Assembly: GCF_963506605.1 (NCBI RefSeq)
Contig: NC_083281.1
Coordinates: forward strand, 66,278,001 to 66,342,000
DNA from: Zootoca vivipara
Taxonomy: Eukaryota
Reading direction: 5' to 3'
DNA length: 64,000 nt
Shown here: piece after piece, positions 59,353-64,000 of the stretch
Position numbering within the stretch: position 1 is the stretch's first letter
Layout of the letters: every line of letters starts with the position of its first letter
Program-made: the position numbers and the translations under genes
The notes under the pieces: generated by a model
What the model saw: the letters and a program-made list of their open reading frames with translations, nothing else
The model's database searches: none
What the model was told of the DNA's origin: nothing

Positions 59353-62300
59353 AAACCCTTTGCAGAGGCTGTGAAGAAAATTTTGCTCTTTTCTGGCTGG
59401 ACTGCATTACAATTACTCAGCACATTTTGGTGAGGGAGGAAATCAATGTAAAAGGATGTGATTTTATAGGCAACTTAGGTTGATCAGTTTAGAGAGAGGA
59501 TGGATTCTTTTGCCCGGGCAATCATGCTGTCTCCAGCACCCGTCTGCAAACTCGTAGAAACTGTTTCAGCCGGAGAATGTGAAATTTCATACAACTGCAG
59601 CTGTATGCCAGTTCTTTAAACAATCGTCAAGCATTACAGCCAAAAGGGCCTCTGAAGTTCTAAATCAGCCGGGGGAGAAAATATTACGGAGGGATGTGGG
59701 ATTAATATCAGCTAACTTGTTAAAATTAGTCACGGACATAATTAAGAGCATGCTCGAGAGTGTCCATGGGAAAGCAAGGGTTTTGGAGAAATATTTCTAG
59801 AGGTAAAATTATACATTGATCCCCAGTGATAATGGGATAATGCTGTGAGTTTGCTGGCAGTGATATTGGGCTTTTGAACCTGGCAAAACTAACAGACCAG
59901 AAGCTAACAGGGAAAGCTAATCAGTTCCAGGCAATGCTGGAGTGTTTTTTCCCCTCTTTCGTTCTAGGGCAGGTGGGGAACATTTAACAACAAATACAAA
60001 TAAGCAATTCAAAAGGCTTGAAGGTCCAGTAGGAAAGTTTGCTGCTGTAGACTGACTACAGTGTACCTTAGCTAATACAATCAGCTGAACCCATATGCTC
60101 ACCCTGAGGATTCCAAAGTTGGGGGACAAATTTAGGAGCAAAATGTGACATTAAATTACTGGAACTAGTGATCAAGCCCTTGGTTGCTGATGGGAGCCAT
60201 TTCTTAGACCCACAAGGCATCCAGAGTGAGGGAAAGAAGCAATAAATGGCATATCCTCCAATGTTACAAAATTACCTTATTCAGTGGATTTTTGTTGAGT
60301 ACCTGTACCAAGGAAATTGTAGTCAACTGAATGTACAGTTTTAAATGCAATGGACAAAACAAAAAAACGAGCCCCAAAATGTTCTCAAACGTTACTTGTC
60401 CATCTGAAAAGTGCAGCTGATGCTATCTGACAACAGGAATGTAAGAAGACAGCACTTTCCATTCTGCTCTGTATTCACCACAATCGACACTGTTTATGTT
60501 CCACTGCATTTCAGCTTCTGCCAAATACTGCAGTATTAGTTTCACTGCCCACTACCTTTCATAAGTTATGTAACTTACATGCATTTTAATGTGAGGGAAA
60601 TGTCAAAATGATCTAGAAAAATGTCATTAATTACTTATTGTTTGAGGACTTAAGAACAACAACTATGTGAGCAAATACTAATCGTCCCAATCGAAGATCC
60701 CAGGTTCAATCCCTGGCGTCACCAGATAGGGCTTGCCATGTCTACTATCTAAAACCCTGGAGAGACATTGCTAGTTAGCACTGACAATACCAATCTAAAT
60801 GCACTAGTGGTCTGACTCAATATGAGGCAGCTTCCCAAAGTTATTGGCTAAGAAGAGCTATCACTAGGTTTTACAAACAGGTACATGAATCAAGGAAATG
60901 CCAGCATTCAAATATTTTAAAAGCAGTCCATACACAGCATCATTAAGGTGCTCACAGCTTCAATTCCTTGCTTGATCTGAACAGGAGGCAAGCTACCATT
61001 AGCCCCACTCACCTCCCACAAAATTCCTTGGAGAGTTATATCCAGGCACCTAATAGCAATTTTTGTAGGACTGTTTGGAATCATGGAATCCGCACATAGG
61101 GAGAAAGGTGTCAATCGCCACCTCCTTCCTTACTCCTGCTGGTCTGATATGATCTCCCACAAACTGGTGCTTTTGGGTGAGAAAGGAAAACAAGAGATCT
61201 GATCACAAAATCTCCTATATCTTCTCTGTTCCATCCCTCCTTTCTATGACAAGGCTAGAGTTTTGTTTGCAGGAGTACAGCTTTCTTCCTCCCCCTCTCC
61301 TTCCTTTTGCAGGAGACATGATTGCAAATGCATTGATGTTCCACTTCACACATTGGGAGGTTGAGCCCTGACTCCAATTAAGTGCCTGTTTGAAAGCCTT
61401 ATTTCAGCTGTCACATAAGAAAACTATGTTGGTTTTAAGAAGGGGGAAAAATAACTGTCAAAAATAAAATTTAAAGGGGGGGAAATGCCCACCTGAGTGA
61501 CAGCTGTATCCACAAGTAGAATGTCACACCATGTCAAAGCTGTCAAGAACTCAGAGAGGCTTGGGGAATAGGTGGCTGCCTGAATTTGCAAGAGGGAGTG
61601 CTTCATTGAAAAGCAGGGTTGAATTAAGTGAACCATTGTGCAGGGCCTCAGCATAACCAGAGCCTCTGCTGAAGTCTGCTTCTATGACAATCCCGCTGAA
61701 TGGAGAAGGTATTTAAACTAGACCCGCAATTAGAAATGCCTGTGCTTAGAATGAACTAGTTGGGTTTCACAAAGTTTCCTGAATTACTCCAATATCTGAA
61801 AGACCAGCCTCCTTTGCTACAGACATTCTTGGGTGCTACTATCAGAGAAGGAGCCCTGGAATTCCACTGCAAACCTGTAAGGTGCTCAAAAAGATGGTGG
61901 TGGTCCAACTTCAGGCATACTTGGAGGAAACTGATCACTTGGATCTATTGCCAAAACCTCCAACCCGCCACAAAGATTTAGGCAGGCCCGTCTCAGTGAG
62001 AGTCACAGTCTTGGGTGTCAGTGATGTAAGGTGGGGGAAACTCCAGAAAATTTCCCACTGCCTTCCTTTTCCATGGAAGTTTTTCCATATTGTAAGTTTA
62101 TTCATAACAGGGAACAGGTGCTGATTCCAAATAAACATTAGGCAAGATTAACAACTTTTTTTAAAAAAAGAAGGCGCAAGCTTTGCTTACCACATACAAG
62201 TAAAATAAACAGGCTAAAGTACTCTTGAGGGTGGGCATGGAGAAACTGTAGCCTTCCAGATTATTTATTTATTTATTCAATTTAGATTCCCTTGTTCCTC

Positions 62301-63775
62301 CCAAAGAAGTTCAGGGTGACAAACACATCAATATATATGAAAACGGTTGAAAACATTATACAAGCAGTGGTTTCAGGGGCCTGGAACAGTGTCTTTCAGC
62401 CATCAAATGCCTGGATGAAAAGAAATGCTATTACATTCCTCCCAAAAGTTAATAATGAGGGAGACAGACACACCTCACCAGGGAGGGCATTCCACAGACA
62501 TGGGCCAATGCCAACTGGGCAGCCCCCATGGCTGGCATCACCAGCATGGCCAACAATGGATGTTGTTGGATTCCAACTCGCATCATCTCTGAGCATTGGC
62601 CAATGTGGCTGGTGAGAGTCCAACAAAAGCTGGGAAACCATGTGTTCTCCATCCCTGCTCCAGACACACTGCACTGCCTCTCTTTGACAAAATCTATTGT
62701 GCAATCAATTTTAAACAAACAAAAACAAAACAGAAGTCCCTTGAAATGAGTTGACAACAACTCGCTCAAAAACGCCCTGAGCTCTTTACTTCCACCTGAT
62801 CAGAAGCTGACCTATTTCTCTAGTGCTTCTGTCCATCTGTTTTCTAAAGAACCAATAACAAATGCTCTGCTCAGAAGGAAAAAAATGTCAATGATCTTCA
62901 TACTGAAATGTCTTTTGGCCCTTGCTATGTGTTTTCCAATGGACATAAATCCAGACTTGTCTTCCAGCTTGCTCACTCTTAAAAGGAGGGGGAAGAATAA
63001 GGGGTGGTGAGGGAGAGGATTGGACTTTCAGAGAGGTCAGTTTTCACATCAACAAGCCTGCAAGATCTAGATGAGTATCTGAAACCACACTTCCTCCAAA
63101 ACAATCCTCCTCTGTTTTAATAATGACGCTGTCCTTACATCCCAGGGCTTGCTTCCAGGTCACAATAAACATACAACATGGTTTATAGCTCCCCTCCCCA
63201 CCCTCTCTCTCTTAAAAAAAAAAAGAACAATAATTTAAGGGGGATCTTTTTCAACAGTTTATGTCCCAGTGAGCTCCCTGGAATCCAAGCTTCTCTCTGC
63301 AAAGGCCATTATTCTCAAATTACAAGCAGCCCTTGGATATATCCCGCTCCCCCTCCCCCCCCCCGCACATTGTGCTACAATCCGCACACTGGTTAGAAAA
63401 CTAGGATTACAACAGAAAAGAACACATGTCTTCAGTCATGGAAGAATCAACATGAAGCACTTCAGATGTGCAACTCGACATCCAGTGTTTGCGGTGGGGG
63501 GGGCACTGTTACGGTAGAAGCAGAGTTTGTGGAAGAATTCCAGCATTTCTTCCATGACCTAGAACAAGGGTGGCCAAGATAAAGCCCCAGTGATCAGAAG
63601 TGGCCCCTCTGGGCTTCTTTTCCTGGCCCTCAGAACTCTCCAATGCATAACTGAACTCTGCTAATGCCTGTGAATGTAAGGAGAGCCCTGCTAGATCAGG
63701 CCAATGTCCCATCTAGTCCAGCATCCTGTTCTCCCAGTGGCCAACCTGATGCCTCAATGGGAAGCCTGCAAGCAG

Positions 63776-63912
63776 CATACCCTCCAACATTTGTCCAATC
63801 AAAATAGGGACATCCTAAGGAAAAGTGGGACATTCCAGGATCAAATCAGAAACCAGCATGGCTTCTCTAAATCACGGATGTCCCTGAAAAATAGGGACAC
63901 TTGGGGGGCCTG
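63776..63912. mobile_element. MITE with apparent 6-bp TSD, nested in a CR1 3' UTR
   Basis: Ends CATACCCTCCAA / TTGGGGGGCCTG, internal GGGACA repeats, and AAGCAG at 63770-63775 and 63913-63918. Confidence 0.7.
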
Positions 63913-64000
63913 AAGCAGGACCTGAGCACAAGAGCACTCTCCCTTCCTGTGGTTTACAGAAGCTGATATATTGACTGTCTTTGCCTGGACAAAGAATAGA

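Noticed and set aside
61756-61981. His-containing ORF as the poly-His C-terminus of NKD1
   Set aside because: It is the antisense of an L2 RT fragment (KMVVVQLQAYLEETDHLD on the plus strand). No NKD1 coding exon is recognisable in this window.

Overview
Repeat-rich vertebrate genomic DNA from a squamate reptile, probably a lacertid lizard, judging by Sauria SINEs, Bov-B and squamate-type CR1/L2 elements. Three protein-coding genes can be assembled exon by exon with GT-AG junctions. They are the last two coding exons of RBL2/p130 (+, stop at 526), the complete AKTIP CDS (-, 9 coding exons, 882 nt, 293 aa, CpG-island promoter at about 22.8-23.9 kb) and the complete SNX20 CDS (+, 3 coding exons, 981 nt, 326 aa). 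The rest is introns and intergenic DNA filled with SINEs, LINE fragments, hAT and Tc1/mariner MITEs, a non-autonomous Helitron and a Penelope terminal fragment. Most short ORFs in the track are repeat-derived or noise. The most notable observations are: (1) the order RBL2-AKTIP-SNX20 differs from mammals and implies an inversion breakpoint where NOD2 sits in mammals, and no NOD2 ORF is recognisable; (2) a Penelope-derived minimal hammerhead ribozyme with a core G-to-A change lies in an AKTIP intron; (3) a Sauria SINE and its partner Bov-B LINE are stacked at one target site that appears three times; (4) a Bov-B insertion has a perfect 32-bp fold-back at its 5' end, next to the SNX20 start exon; (5) miR-17-92 seed sites cluster in the RBL2 3' UTR, and poly(A) signals for the convergent RBL2/AKTIP pair interlock. 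No new multi-gene system can be demonstrated from the sequence alone. Gene and repeat identifications rest on recall of known sequences, not database searches.
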